A DNA stretch of 64,000 nt from Cellvibrionaceae bacterium (GCA_050789445.1 JAILXR010000001.1:37009-101008), one strand, 5' to 3'; positions 41,792 through 51,859 are shown, counted from the first letter of the stretch. The notes: generated by a model not told the origin, from the letters alone. A program made the numbers and translations.

Positions 41792-42943
41792 TTAAGCGAC
41801 GGTCAAACTCATCATAGCTGAAGAAAAGCGACCGCTTTCAGGAATGTAACATAGCAATCGTTGGCCTGATTGTAATTTTCCTGAGTTGTAGAGCTCTTCT
41901 AGCATGATATAAATAGATGCAGAGCCAGTATTGCCTTTTTCTGGGAGATTGGTAAACCACTTCTCTTTTGGAATATCTAGGCCCACTCGCTGAATGCTTT
42001 CTTGTACCCCTTTAGCGAAAAAATTCGATGAATAGTGAGGAATAAAATAATCGAATTGATCAGCCGTTAAATTGTAGCGCGCTATTAGGTCAGTTAAGGG
42101 TTTTTCGACAGTGTAATGCAAAACATTTTCATTCAATAATTTCACATCTTGCTTAACAGAAAGTACTGATTGCTCATTACGCTCGTTACTGTTGAAGTTT
42201 TGCCAGCCTGTCATCGTGCCATCTTCATTTTTAACCGCGCCAGCGTACATGCAAGTTTCCATTTCTCCGGCATAAGAATAAAGGTGCAGCCAGTCTACTC
42301 GAAGAGATAGGCGATCAGGAGCAGGTTGGGGTTGAAGCAACATGGCGCCCGCGCCATCAGATAACATCCAGCGCAAAAAATCTTTTTCGAACGCGAGTTC
42401 AGGCTGAGTTTCTAATTGGTTTAATTTTGCTTCTGTTTCAGCAGCAAAATTATTCGCCGTCATCACACCTGAAGACAGTTCTGATCCAGTGGCGATTGCA
42501 TTTTTATATTCGCCACTCAAAATTCCTAGATAAGCATATTTAAAAGCCGTCATTCCCGCTAAGCAAACACCGCTTGTCGCAACAACTTCGCAAGGGTGTA
42601 ATCCCAGCTCGCCTTGAACCATCACCGCATGATTTGGCATTAACTGATCGGCAATAGATGTTCCGCTAGCGAGGCAATCAATGTCGTCAAGTTGAATGGT
42701 ATCTTTGGTGACATTTTTTATTGCCTCAGCTGTGAGCTGTGCATTCGAGTAGTTGTGCTTTAGTGTTTTAGGATCGATGGCATAGTAACGTTGTTTAATG
42801 CCGTTGCTTCGCAGAATAGTTCTACGCGCTCTAGAGGGGCGAACGCCTACTTGTCCCAAAAGCGATTCCATGTCGTTGTTGTCGACGGGATCGTTGGGTA
42901 GAAAAGCTCCAATGTTTGTAATATAAACTGCGTTGTCTGGCAT
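41792..42943 (-). CDS. darB: FabH-like ketosynthase (KAS III family), DarB-type condensing enzyme
   Basis: 383 aa KAS III fold. The active-site Cys is in ATSGVCLAGMTAF. It lies immediately downstream of a DarA-like gene, as in dialkylresorcinol/cyclohexanedione darAB loci. Confidence 0.7.
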   Translation of the reverse strand: MPDNAVYITNIGAFLPNDPVDNNDMESLLGQVGVRPSRARRTILRSNGIKQRYYAIDPKTLKHNYSNAQLTAEAIKNVTKDTIQLDDIDCLASGTSIADQLMPNHAVMVQGELGLHPCEVVATSGVCLAGMTAFKYAYLGILSGEYKNAIATGSELSSGVMTANNFAAETEAKLNQLETQPELAFEKDFLRWMLSDGAGAMLLQPQPAPDRLSLRVDWLHLYSYAGEMETCMYAGAVKNEDGTMTGWQNFNSNERNEQSVLSVKQDVKLLNENVLHYTVEKPLTDLIARYNLTADQFDYFIPHYSSNFFAKGVQESIQRVGLDIPKEKWFTNLPEKGNTGSASIYIMLEELYNSGKLQSGQRLLCYIPESGRFSSAMMSLTVA

Positions 42944-42981
42944 AACTGCTTTTTAAATCCTGGTAAGTTAGAACTTGTAAG

Positions 42982-43929
42982 TTAAATCCTGTGCGTCTCT
43001 TCACCCGAGGGTGCTGCAAAATACGCTTTTTGTTCGGCCGTTCTTTTTTTTAATAATGGCGAAAATAGTCTTTTCAAAATCGCAGAAATCGGAACGACGG
43101 TTAAAATCATTGTGATTAAAAATAAAATATAAAAAACGAGCACAAATTTTCGGATGACCGATTGCTGATTGCCAAGACTACGTAATAGTTTGCCCCAAAT
43201 CTCAAAACTTCGGCGTGCAATTTTTTCAGATGCAATTAATCTTTCGTTAACTTCAACAGCGCCTAATCCTTTCAGTGTCGGCTCTGTTATTTTTGATGAT
43301 GTTTTTTCTAATTCTTCTTTTATCGCTACGCCGAATCGTCTTGAGTCGACTATATCTCTTTCGCTTACGCCAGCTCTCGGTATTAATCCATCAAGCCAAG
43401 GCCCTTTGTTACCAGTGAGTACCCAGAGCGGAGTAGCGATAAATGTAGCCGCGCTATGCGCTTCATCAGTCAATACAATATTGTCGATGAGTGTTGCTGA
43501 CAGATTTTTTAATTTTTCTTTAACTATTTCTTGCGCCGTTATCCACATGTTGCGGCAGCCAATAACGGTGATGACTGGAGTATCTTTAAAAATATGTTTG
43601 GCTTCTTCTGAATTTAAAAAAGTGCTAATAGGTCGAGAGGGTGAAAGGAACCATACTTGGTAAGATAAAATGATCAGGTCAAACTTTTCATCTGAAATTG
43701 CTAGAGGTTTTAGTTCTATATTTTCTTCGTAAACTGTCTCGGGAAAATTATTGAAAAACGATAAAAAAGGCCAAGGAAATGGAAATGCGATTACAGGCTC
43801 GATGCTTTTGTAAACAACATCAATATCACTGGCGTCTTTGAGTGGAGCAATAATGGAATTCACTATGCGAGTTAGTTGCCCAGTTTGGGAGTAGCCCAAT
43901 ACGAGCACGCGTTTTTTCATTTCTTGCAT
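42982..43929 (-). CDS. darA: dialkylresorcinol-condensing-enzyme-like protein DarA (flavodoxin-like)
   Basis: 315 aa. The N-terminus is KKRVLVLGYSQTGQLTRIV, a flavodoxin-like fold. The C-terminus has a hydrophobic helix. It matches my memory of DarA family proteins that pair with FabH-like DarB. Confidence 0.6.
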   Translation of the reverse strand: MQEMKKRVLVLGYSQTGQLTRIVNSIIAPLKDASDIDVVYKSIEPVIAFPFPWPFLSFFNNFPETVYEENIELKPLAISDEKFDLIILSYQVWFLSPSRPISTFLNSEEAKHIFKDTPVITVIGCRNMWITAQEIVKEKLKNLSATLIDNIVLTDEAHSAATFIATPLWVLTGNKGPWLDGLIPRAGVSERDIVDSRRFGVAIKEELEKTSSKITEPTLKGLGAVEVNERLIASEKIARRSFEIWGKLLRSLGNQQSVIRKFVLVFYILFLITMILTVVPISAILKRLFSPLLKKRTAEQKAYFAAPSGEETHRI

Positions 43930-44188
43930 GTTTCCGTCATTGTCTCGTCATGGGGTGGTCGTCACTTTTGCGCGCTGTTATCAGTAGCGAACTGCGTGTT
44001 ACGAATTTAGGGCCAAAGTGGCTGTTTGTTTAGTCTGTAGGCGACCCCGATTATGTACCAAATTGATCGAGGCTGCAGGAAAAACAGCTGTGGATTATGC
44101 CATAAGCGGGCGTGACCACTCTAGTAGTGACGGATAAAGTTCGTGTCTTTAGGTAAATCAATGCATATTCATTAACTGTAGGGAATAA

Positions 44189-47100
44189 TTACCAGGTGTC
44201 GACAAAGCTATTTGTCCTGAAATTACTATCCTGTGAGGTTTTATTGTTTTGAAGTGAGCTTTGGGTAGTCGCTTCTAATCCTCTCGCAATCCAGAGGCGA
44301 GTATCTTTGGGATCAATGACGTCATCTAAGTCAAAGTAGGAGGCAACATTGGTAGCTTTGCCGAGTTCATACATTGCAACCACTTTTTCTTGGTAGAAAG
44401 TTTCTCGCTCTTCAAGGTCATTAATAGCGGCTATTTCATTTCTGTAGCCCAGTTTAACGGCGCCTTCTAATCCCATTCCTCCAAATTCGCCAGTAGGCCA
44501 TGAGACGGTAAAGAATGGTGCTTTAAAGCTTCCTCCTGCCATTGTCTGAGCGCCAAGGCCGTATGCTTTACGAAGGATGATCGAAAAGAAAGGGACTTTA
44601 AGGGAGGCGCCAGCAATAAATAATCTTGCGGCATGTCGAACGAGTGCCGTTTTTTCTGCTTCGGGTCCCACCATGATTCCCGGCGTATCGCATAGGAACG
44701 TTACTGGAATATTGAAGGCATTGCAGAGTTGTAAAAAACGGGCCGCTTTGTCTGAACCAGGGCTGTCGATGGCACCGCCTAAATGAGCGGGGTTGTTTGC
44801 GACGATACCGACAGCTTTGCCTTCAATGCGAACAAAGGATGTCACTATTCCTGGTGCAAAGCCTTTTCGTAATTCTAAAACTGAGTCTGTATCGGCAAGT
44901 AATTCAATGACATTGCGAACATCATAAACTCGTAGGCGGTTTTCTGGGATGACAGTTCTTAATAAATACTGATCAGGGCATTCCCATTTCGTGAGATCAC
45001 CTTGAAAGTAACTTAAATATTTTTGTGCGGCAAAGACGGCTTCTTGTTCGTCCTTGACGGCTATATCAATCACACCATTGGGAATGTGGTCGCTAACCGG
45101 TCCGACTTCTTCTGGTTTGAAAACACCTAGGCCGCCACCTTCAATCATGGCGGGGCCGCCCATGCCAATGTTGGCATTTTCGGTAGCAATAATCACATCA
45201 GAGCAGCCGAGTAAAACGGCATTGCCCGCAAAGCATCGCCCGCTAACAATCCCGACTAGAGGGCAAGAGCCTTTGAGTTTTGCGTAGTCCCAAAAAGCTA
45301 AGCAGTCTAAACCACTGGCGCTGTTTCTTTCTGTTTCACCCGGACGGCCACCGCCTCCTTCTGCAAAAATAACAACGGGTAATCGCCATTGTTCCGCGAG
45401 CTCAAATAGACGATCTTTTTTTCGATGGTTTTTTTGCCCTTGGGTGCCCGCGAATACGGTGTAATCGTAAGACATGACAACGCATTGAGATTTTTCTTTT
45501 GAGAATAATTCTGCGTTGACTGTGCCCATTCCGCCGACTAATCCGTCAGCAGGTGTTTTTTCCATGAGCTCTTCTAGGGAGCGGCGGGCACGTTGCGCGG
45601 CAATAACCAGCGATCCATATTCAATAAAACTTCCTTCGTCGCAGAGGTGGTTAATATTTTCTCGAGTAGTTCTTTGCCCTGTTTTTCGGCGTCTTGCGAC
45701 CGCTTCTGGTCTGTTTTCATCAAGCCCGTAGCGGTGACGATCGATAACTTCTTGTAAGTCAGGGCGAATTTTATGTGGGTCTTGTACTTCGGTTTCGATA
45801 TTTTTAACATTTTGATCTTCAGAGGGGGTGATTGAAAGTAAAGGCGTGTTTTCAAAAAGAGTTTCACCGGCATTGGTTGCGATTTGAGTGATTTTCCCAC
45901 TAATTTTTGCAGTAATAACGTGTTCCATTTTCATGGACTCTATTATTAATAGCTCATCTCCTTTGTTGATGCTGTCATTAACCTTCACTTGAAGGCTAAC
46001 AATGGTTCCTTGAAGGGGAGATGAGACAACATGTTCGTCATCTGAAAATACTGAAGAGTTTTTCTGTGAAATATTTTTACTGGGATCGCTTTTTGATGTT
46101 GTTGGCGATGAGCTAATTGATTCTTTTTCACGAAACTTTTGCTCTTGTGTGACGAGATTGGCAACATTGTCGTCAATCCAGCGAGTATAAATATTCCAGT
46201 CTTTGACATCTTCTGTGTTCAAAATAGTCTGCAAAAACTGGGAGTTTGTTTTCACTCCTGACGTTTTAGAGTCACTTAAAGCTTTTGATGTTTTCTTTAA
46301 AAGGCTCTCCCATGAGTTGGATATATTTCTCGAAGAGCAAATAATTTTCGTGATTAGTGAGTCAAAGTTTGGATTGGTGGTGTAGCCGCTATATCCGAAT
46401 GTGTCTACGCGAACTCCTGGGCCTGTGGGAACAATAAAATGTTCTATTGTTCCCCCCTGTGGTTTTATATCGCCGTTTGCATCAATGGTTTCCATGTTGA
46501 TGCGTGCTTGAATGGCTTGCCCTTGAATTAATGGTGGGGTTTCTAAGTGAATTTCTTTCAGCGTTTTATTCGCTGCAATTTCTAATTGTATGTTGATCAA
46601 ATCTATGTGAGTGATTTCTTCGGTGATGGTATGTTCGACTTGCAGGCGAGGATTGGCTTCAATAAAGAAAAAGTTGTTGGATTCTACATCAACTAAAAAT
46701 TCGAAGGTGCCTATGTTGTTATACCCTGATTTTTTTGCCATCAATACAGCCGCTTCGAGAATGCTTTCTCTTGTCGAATCATTTAGATTGGGGCTGGGAG
46801 CAACTTCAATAATTTTTTGATGGCGGCGTTGAATACTGCAATCTCTATCCCATGCATGAATTACATTGCCATGATTGTCGGCTATTATTTGGATTTCAAT
46901 GTGGCGCGCTTTTTCGATTAAAGCTTCGACATACACTTGTGCATTTCCAAAAGCGTTAAACGCTTCTGACTGGCATCGCTCAAAAGCTGATTCAATGTCA
47001 GACTCTTGATGAACTATGCGCATTCCTCTGCCGCCGCCGCCAGCAATGGCTTTTATCAGCATTGCGGCTTTTGTTTTTTTGTTGAGTAGCTGAAAAAACT

Positions 47101-47530
47101 CTTTTGCTTCCGAAAGGCTAGTTTCAGTTTGGGTGCCGGGTAAAACCGGAATGTTATGTTTCTGCGCAAATTGTCTTGCAGAAATTTTATCGCCAAATAA
47201 CGCAAGCTGTTGGTGTGTCGGCCCAACAAAAGTAATGCCGTTATCCGTGCACTTTTTTGCAAAATCAGCGTTTTCACTCAAGAATCCGTATCCGGGGTGG
47301 ATGGCGTCACATTTGTTTTCCTGTGCAATAGTTAGTATCTGTTGTGAGTCGAGGTAGGCGCTAGCTCCTTTGCCTTTAAGCGGTATAGCTTCATCTGCGT
47401 ATTGGTGATGAAGTGAGTTGTGATCGTCTTCAGAATAGATGGCGAGGGTTGAAATATTCATTTCTGCTGCAGTGCGACAAATTCGAATAGCAATTTCACC
47501 GCGATTGGCGATAAGTAGTTTTTTGAGCAT
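44189..47530 (-). CDS. multidomain biotin-dependent acyl-CoA carboxylase (biotin carboxylase + BCCP + carboxyltransferase in one 1,113-aa polypeptide)
   Basis: N-terminal biotin carboxylase (MLKKLLIANRGEIAIRICRTA...). Biotinyl domain with ELLIIESMKMEHVITA, an (A/S)MKM biotin-lysine motif. C-terminal ~520 aa are AccD/PccB-like carboxyltransferase with its conserved Gly-rich CoA/oxyanion motifs (FAEGGGGRPGET, FAGTQGQ). Confidence 0.85.
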   Translation of the reverse strand: MLKKLLIANRGEIAIRICRTAAEMNISTLAIYSEDDHNSLHHQYADEAIPLKGKGASAYLDSQQILTIAQENKCDAIHPGYGFLSENADFAKKCTDNGITFVGPTHQQLALFGDKISARQFAQKHNIPVLPGTQTETSLSEAKEFFQLLNKKTKAAMLIKAIAGGGGRGMRIVHQESDIESAFERCQSEAFNAFGNAQVYVEALIEKARHIEIQIIADNHGNVIHAWDRDCSIQRRHQKIIEVAPSPNLNDSTRESILEAAVLMAKKSGYNNIGTFEFLVDVESNNFFFIEANPRLQVEHTITEEITHIDLINIQLEIAANKTLKEIHLETPPLIQGQAIQARINMETIDANGDIKPQGGTIEHFIVPTGPGVRVDTFGYSGYTTNPNFDSLITKIICSSRNISNSWESLLKKTSKALSDSKTSGVKTNSQFLQTILNTEDVKDWNIYTRWIDDNVANLVTQEQKFREKESISSSPTTSKSDPSKNISQKNSSVFSDDEHVVSSPLQGTIVSLQVKVNDSINKGDELLIIESMKMEHVITAKISGKITQIATNAGETLFENTPLLSITPSEDQNVKNIETEVQDPHKIRPDLQEVIDRHRYGLDENRPEAVARRRKTGQRTTRENINHLCDEGSFIEYGSLVIAAQRARRSLEELMEKTPADGLVGGMGTVNAELFSKEKSQCVVMSYDYTVFAGTQGQKNHRKKDRLFELAEQWRLPVVIFAEGGGGRPGETERNSASGLDCLAFWDYAKLKGSCPLVGIVSGRCFAGNAVLLGCSDVIIATENANIGMGGPAMIEGGGLGVFKPEEVGPVSDHIPNGVIDIAVKDEQEAVFAAQKYLSYFQGDLTKWECPDQYLLRTVIPENRLRVYDVRNVIELLADTDSVLELRKGFAPGIVTSFVRIEGKAVGIVANNPAHLGGAIDSPGSDKAARFLQLCNAFNIPVTFLCDTPGIMVGPEAEKTALVRHAARLFIAGASLKVPFFSIILRKAYGLGAQTMAGGSFKAPFFTVSWPTGEFGGMGLEGAVKLGYRNEIAAINDLEERETFYQEKVVAMYELGKATNVASYFDLDDVIDPKDTRLWIARGLEATTQSSLQNNKTSQDSNFRTNSFVDTW

Positions 47531-47694
47531 GAAAATCCCCTCGGTATAGATTGTTTCTATTTTGTTTTTATTGTGAAGATTATTTTATCGTGATGTTTGT
47601 GTGTTTTTTAGTATGATTAAGCGTTACTGGTAATGGCCTTGTCAAGATTGGGTACTTTATCACTTAAATAAAATGGGTAAGAAAAGGGTTTGCG

Positions 47695-48834
47695 GTGAAG
47701 AGCGTCGGTCAGCTAAAAATCAATTTGGCAGCTATTCAAAAAAATTGGCAACAGTTTGATCGATTGACCTCGTCAAACACTAATGTCGCTGCTGTGGTGA
47801 AGGCAGATGCTTATGGCCTAGGTGCAAAGCCGGTTGTAAAGGCATTGTTTGAAGAAGGTTGTAACAGTTTCTTTGTGGCCACATTGCGGGAAGCTTTTGA
47901 GGTTAAGTTGGCTGTGTCTGAGGTTGCTCCTATTGAGCAAAGAGCGCCGGATATTTATATTCTTAGCGCAATCAGGAAAGAAGATTTCCCGTCGTGTGTC
48001 GAAGAGGCTTTTATCCCCGTACTGTATTCGGTAGACCAAATAAAAAATTGGGCAGAATACTGCGTTGGCAACTCGATAGATCCACAGAGTGCGATTAAGG
48101 TAGATACTGGAATGCATCGGTTAGGCATTTCGAAATCTGAGCTTTTAGATTTAGTTGAAGAGGAAAAAACCTTAAGCGCGTGTCACCCAGTATTGATGAT
48201 GAGTCATCTTGCTTGCGCTGACGATAACGAGCATCCGTTGAATGAAGAGCAATTGCAGTGCTTTGAGGCGTGTGCGGAATCATTTAGATCGTTATTCCCT
48301 GAGATAAAGCTCAGCTTGTCGAATTCTTCAGGAGTGTTTTTGGGGGCTCAGTATCATTTTGATATTGTTCGGGCCGGGATCGGTTTGTATGGCGGCAACC
48401 CGGCACCTTATGAAAAATGTAAGATGTTGCCGGTTGTTAATCTTGACTTGCCAATTGCACAGGTTAAAGAAGTTGTCGGCCCTGCAGCGATTGGATACGG
48501 GGCAACGTTTGCTGTGTCAAAGAATGAAAAGATTAAGTTAGCTGTCGCCTTGGGGGGGTATGCTGACGGAATTTTTCGAAGTTTAAGTAATGCTGGTGAA
48601 GGATTTGTCGCTGGGAAAGCCGTACCTATGGTGGGGCGAGTTTCAATGGATAGTGTGATTTTTGACGTTTCTTGCATTGAAGATAATTTGCTAAAAAATG
48701 CTTCGGTATCTTTGATGGGGCCTGATCACGTGGTCGATAAGCTGGCAGGCGAGGCTAATACAATCAGCTATGAAATATTGACGAGTTTAGGTGATCGTTA
48801 TGATCGAAATTATGTCTATTCGATAGCTGGGTAA
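47695..48834 (+). CDS. alr: alanine racemase
   Basis: 379 aa. The PLP-lysine motif is AAVVKADAYGLG. The C-terminal motif is GRVSMDS. GTG start. Confidence 0.8.
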   Translation: MKSVGQLKINLAAIQKNWQQFDRLTSSNTNVAAVVKADAYGLGAKPVVKALFEEGCNSFFVATLREAFEVKLAVSEVAPIEQRAPDIYILSAIRKEDFPSCVEEAFIPVLYSVDQIKNWAEYCVGNSIDPQSAIKVDTGMHRLGISKSELLDLVEEEKTLSACHPVLMMSHLACADDNEHPLNEEQLQCFEACAESFRSLFPEIKLSLSNSSGVFLGAQYHFDIVRAGIGLYGGNPAPYEKCKMLPVVNLDLPIAQVKEVVGPAAIGYGATFAVSKNEKIKLAVALGGYADGIFRSLSNAGEGFVAGKAVPMVGRVSMDSVIFDVSCIEDNLLKNASVSLMGPDHVVDKLAGEANTISYEILTSLGDRYDRNYVYSIAG

Positions 48835-48890
48835 ATTGAACGGCTGTCTTTAAAAGATATCAATAATTTGAGAAAAAAGGTGTCGGCGAA

Positions 48891-49859
48891 ATGAGTGTAG
48901 AGCGCGTAATTGAATTGTTGGCCGATGGGGAAATCCAGTCTGGCGAAGAGCTGGGGAAATTACTTGGTGTCAGTCGTACAGCTGTTTGGAAGCAGCTTAA
49001 AAAAATTGAGGATTTTGGGCTTGAAGTTGAAGCGGTCAAAGGGAAAGGTTATCAACTGCTGGGTGGCATAGAATTATTATCGAAAGAGAAAATCCTCGGC
49101 AACTTGTCTGATGAAACAAAAAATCTTGTCCGTGAATTGGATATTCTTGGTTCTGTTGATTCAACAAACACTCTCGTTCTTGATAAGGCGAAATTGAGCA
49201 GTGCTCATGGGCATTTCTGCTTGGCTGAGCACCAAACGGCTGGTAGAGGTCGTCATGGCCGTCAGTGGGTTAGCCCTTATGGTAGAAATATTTACTTTTC
49301 GTGTGGGTGGGCTTTTTCGGGCGGTGCTGCTGTTTTAGAGGGGCTGAGTCTTGCTGTGGGGGTCGCTATCGTGAAAGCGCTGTCATCTTGTGGTGTTGAA
49401 GGCGTTCAGTTGAAGTGGCCTAACGACGTGTTGTGGCAAGGGAAAAAGCTAGCTGGTGTCCTGCTTGAAATGACAGGTGATGCTTCCGGGGAGTGTCAGG
49501 TCGTGATTGGTGTGGGCTTGAATGTCAGTATGGTTGATTCAGAAGCAAAAACTATCGAGCAACAATGGGTGAGCCTTGCCTCGATTCAGCCAGATATTTC
49601 TCGAAATAAATTGATTGCAGGCTTAATTCGTGAGTTAGCTTCGGTGTTGAATGGTTATCAACAAAAAGGGTTTTCCGCTTTGCGATCAGACTGGGAATCT
49701 CTTGATAGTTTTCGGGATAAAGAGGTTGAGATTAGGGTAGGCGATCAAGTGACACTTGGTGTTGTTAAAGGCGTGAGTGATAGTGGGGCGCTTCGGCTTC
49801 AGACAGAATCGGGTGAGCAGTTAATTTATGGCGGTGAAGCGAGTTTGAGATCAGCATGA
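48891..49859 (+). CDS. birA: bifunctional biotin--[acetyl-CoA-carboxylase] ligase / bio operon repressor
   Basis: N-terminal HTH (LGVSRTAVWKQLKKIEDFG). The BPL catalytic motif is QTAGRGRHGRQW, the GRGRxGRxW pattern. Confidence 0.9.
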   Translation: MSVERVIELLADGEIQSGEELGKLLGVSRTAVWKQLKKIEDFGLEVEAVKGKGYQLLGGIELLSKEKILGNLSDETKNLVRELDILGSVDSTNTLVLDKAKLSSAHGHFCLAEHQTAGRGRHGRQWVSPYGRNIYFSCGWAFSGGAAVLEGLSLAVGVAIVKALSSCGVEGVQLKWPNDVLWQGKKLAGVLLEMTGDASGECQVVIGVGLNVSMVDSEAKTIEQQWVSLASIQPDISRNKLIAGLIRELASVLNGYQQKGFSALRSDWESLDSFRDKEVEIRVGDQVTLGVVKGVSDSGALRLQTESGEQLIYGGEASLRSA

Positions 49860-50605
49860 CAGTTCAAGACAAAAGCATATTAGATGTTGATGTTGGAAAT
49901 ACCCGTATAAAATGGCGATTGCTGGAAGGTGAGTCTGTCGCATTAGAGGGGGTTTCTAATCATTCGGATAATTTGTCTGACCGCTTTCGAAAGGATCTAG
50001 CGGAAAAAAAAATTGATCGAGTTAGGGTTGCTACCGTTGTTCGAGGAGATGTATTGGCCGATCTTTCGGAAGCTTGTCGAGCATTATGGAGTGTTGAGCT
50101 CGAGGTTGCTGAGGTTCGGCAGCAGTGTTCTGGAGTGGAGCAAGGCTATGAAGATTGTTCGCGTTTGGGTGTTGATCGATGGCTAGGCGTATTAGCGGCT
50201 TACAATAAATATCAAAAAGCTTGTTTGGTTGTTAGTTGCGGAACTGCGGCAACCCTTGATTTTGTTGATGCTGATGGACTTCATCTTGGTGGTTATATTG
50301 TTCCTGGTCTAAATTTAATGCGTCAGTCGTTGTTTGGTGGAACTGATGCTGTAAAAGTCGATAAATTTGTTGTGGGTGATTCTCTTGAGTTTGGACGAAA
50401 TACAGATGCAGCTGTTAATAATGGGTTGGTTTTGATGTTGTCATCCATGATAAAGCAGGTGTTTGAGCGGCTATCGTTGAATGATGAAAATTTTCAGCTT
50501 GTCATCTGTGGGGGTGATGGTGAAATTATTAGCCGACATCTTGAGCTTCAAAATATTTATGTGAAATCACTTGTTCTCGATGGCTTGGCCTACGCTTTAC
50601 CATAG
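49856..50605 (+). CDS. coaX: type III pantothenate kinase
   Basis: 249 aa. The N-terminus is ILDVDVGNTRIKW (the DxGNT motif). It overlaps the birA stop (ATGA), which is the conserved birA-coaX arrangement. Confidence 0.85.
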   Translation: MTVQDKSILDVDVGNTRIKWRLLEGESVALEGVSNHSDNLSDRFRKDLAEKKIDRVRVATVVRGDVLADLSEACRALWSVELEVAEVRQQCSGVEQGYEDCSRLGVDRWLGVLAAYNKYQKACLVVSCGTAATLDFVDADGLHLGGYIVPGLNLMRQSLFGGTDAVKVDKFVVGDSLEFGRNTDAAVNNGLVLMLSSMIKQVFERLSLNDENFQLVICGGDGEIISRHLELQNIYVKSLVLDGLAYALP

Positions 50606-50704
50606 TGTACTGTCGCGGGAAGTCTGTTTTATATGTTTGGGCTTGCTCCGTTTTGATATTTCAGTCTTTGAGTTTGAGAAAAGTAATTAGAGAATAAGGA
50701 AGCT

Positions 50705-51436
50705 ATGCGCTGGATTGTTGGTAGTCTCATTTTTGCGAATGTTTTGGTCTTTGCTTGGTATATGTTGGCGGGGAGCGGGAGTCCAGTAGATGCTAATATG
50801 GGTTCTTCTAGAGCGCAGCAAGGCTCTTCGAGTTCTCCAGCAATTCAACTTTTGTCCGAGATTGGTTCTCAAGAGGTGATTTCTGGGGGAGAGGAAAAGA
50901 GTATAGGGTCTCCAGTACAGGAGCCCTCTGTTGTCCCTGAAACTGATGAAGATGGTAATCCCTTGTGTACTCTTGTGGGACCTTTTCCTAAGTTGTTAAG
51001 AGCTGAATATTTTATTGAGCGGTTGTCAGCGCTTGATGTTTTTTCAGTTGTGTATGAGGTGGAGATACCAGGAGATGTTGGTTATTGGGTTTTTCTTCCC
51101 CCAGAGGAATCTCGAAAGAAGGCTTACAATAAGCTTCGTGAGCTCCAGGCAAAGGGTGTTGATAGTTACGTTATTCCAAAAGGCGAGCTCGAGAACGGTA
51201 TTTCTTTTGGAATGTTTAGTCGCGAGAGTTTGGCGGACCAGCGACTAAAGGATATGAAAGAGCAGGGGTATTCTGCTGAACTAAAAGAAATCACCCGTTC
51301 GTATAAGGAGATTTGGATTCTTTTGCAGCCTGGTCGAGCTAAATTATTAGGTGAAAACACATGGTTAGAGATGCTTTCTACAGATGAAGGCATAGAACGT
51401 AGACAAAATTATTGTCCAGCTGTTGCTTCCGAGTAA
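50705..51436 (+). CDS. SPOR-domain cell-division protein
   Basis: 243 aa. An N-terminal TM helix and a Ser-rich linker are followed by a C-terminal SPOR-like repeat region (PLCTLVGPFPKL...YWVFLPP, ISFGMFSRESLADQRLKDMKEQGYSAELKEI). Confidence 0.6.
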   Translation: MRWIVGSLIFANVLVFAWYMLAGSGSPVDANMGSSRAQQGSSSSPAIQLLSEIGSQEVISGGEEKSIGSPVQEPSVVPETDEDGNPLCTLVGPFPKLLRAEYFIERLSALDVFSVVYEVEIPGDVGYWVFLPPEESRKKAYNKLRELQAKGVDSYVIPKGELENGISFGMFSRESLADQRLKDMKEQGYSAELKEITRSYKEIWILLQPGRAKLLGENTWLEMLSTDEGIERRQNYCPAVASE

Positions 51437-51537
51437 AACTTTCTCTAGAATCCGCGCTCCACTCTGCTATGAGCTTTGTGGTTAGGGAATTTTAAGGTCA
51501 TTAGTTAATCACACCTTATTTAATTTTCTATGTGTGA

Positions 51538-51613
51538 GCTGGTGTAGCTCAGTTGGTAGAGCAGCTGACTTGTAATCAGCCGGTCGGGGGTTCGACTCCT
51601 CTCACCAGCTCCA
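51538..51613 (+). tRNA. tRNA-Thr (anticodon TGT)
   Basis: gctggtgtagctcagttggtagagcagctgactTGTaatcagc...caccagctcca. Confidence 0.85.
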
Positions 51614-51775
51614 ATTTATTTTTGGTTATCATTGTTTGGGTAATCAGTCGGCAGATAAAAATTTGCTGAGTTTAAGGTCACCTTTGTGCTCTAACTCCTC
51701 AGAATATAAAAGATTATTCATTTTTGAGGTTGTTGACATCAGAAGGGGCGAAGCGGACAATGTCCGGCTATTTTC

Positions 51776-51859
51776 GCAGGGGTTCCCGAGTGGCCAAAGG
51801 GATCAGACTGTAAATCTGACGCGCAAGCTTCGGTGGTTCGAATCCACCCCCCTGCACCA
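51776..51859 (+). tRNA. tRNA-Tyr (anticodon GTA), with a long variable arm
   Basis: gcaggggttcccgagtggccaaagggatcagactGTAaatctga-cgcgcaagcttcgg-tggttcgaatccacc-cccctgcacca. Confidence 0.85.

Noticed and set aside
43169-43663. 164-aa ORF antisense to darA, and similar antisense ORFs in urtC (20651-21097), the TonB receptor (4460-4885), the carboxylase (45574-45900 and others) and rplL (56827-57159)
   Set aside because: They are fully nested in well-supported genes on the opposite strand. Composition is biased and no motifs are present.
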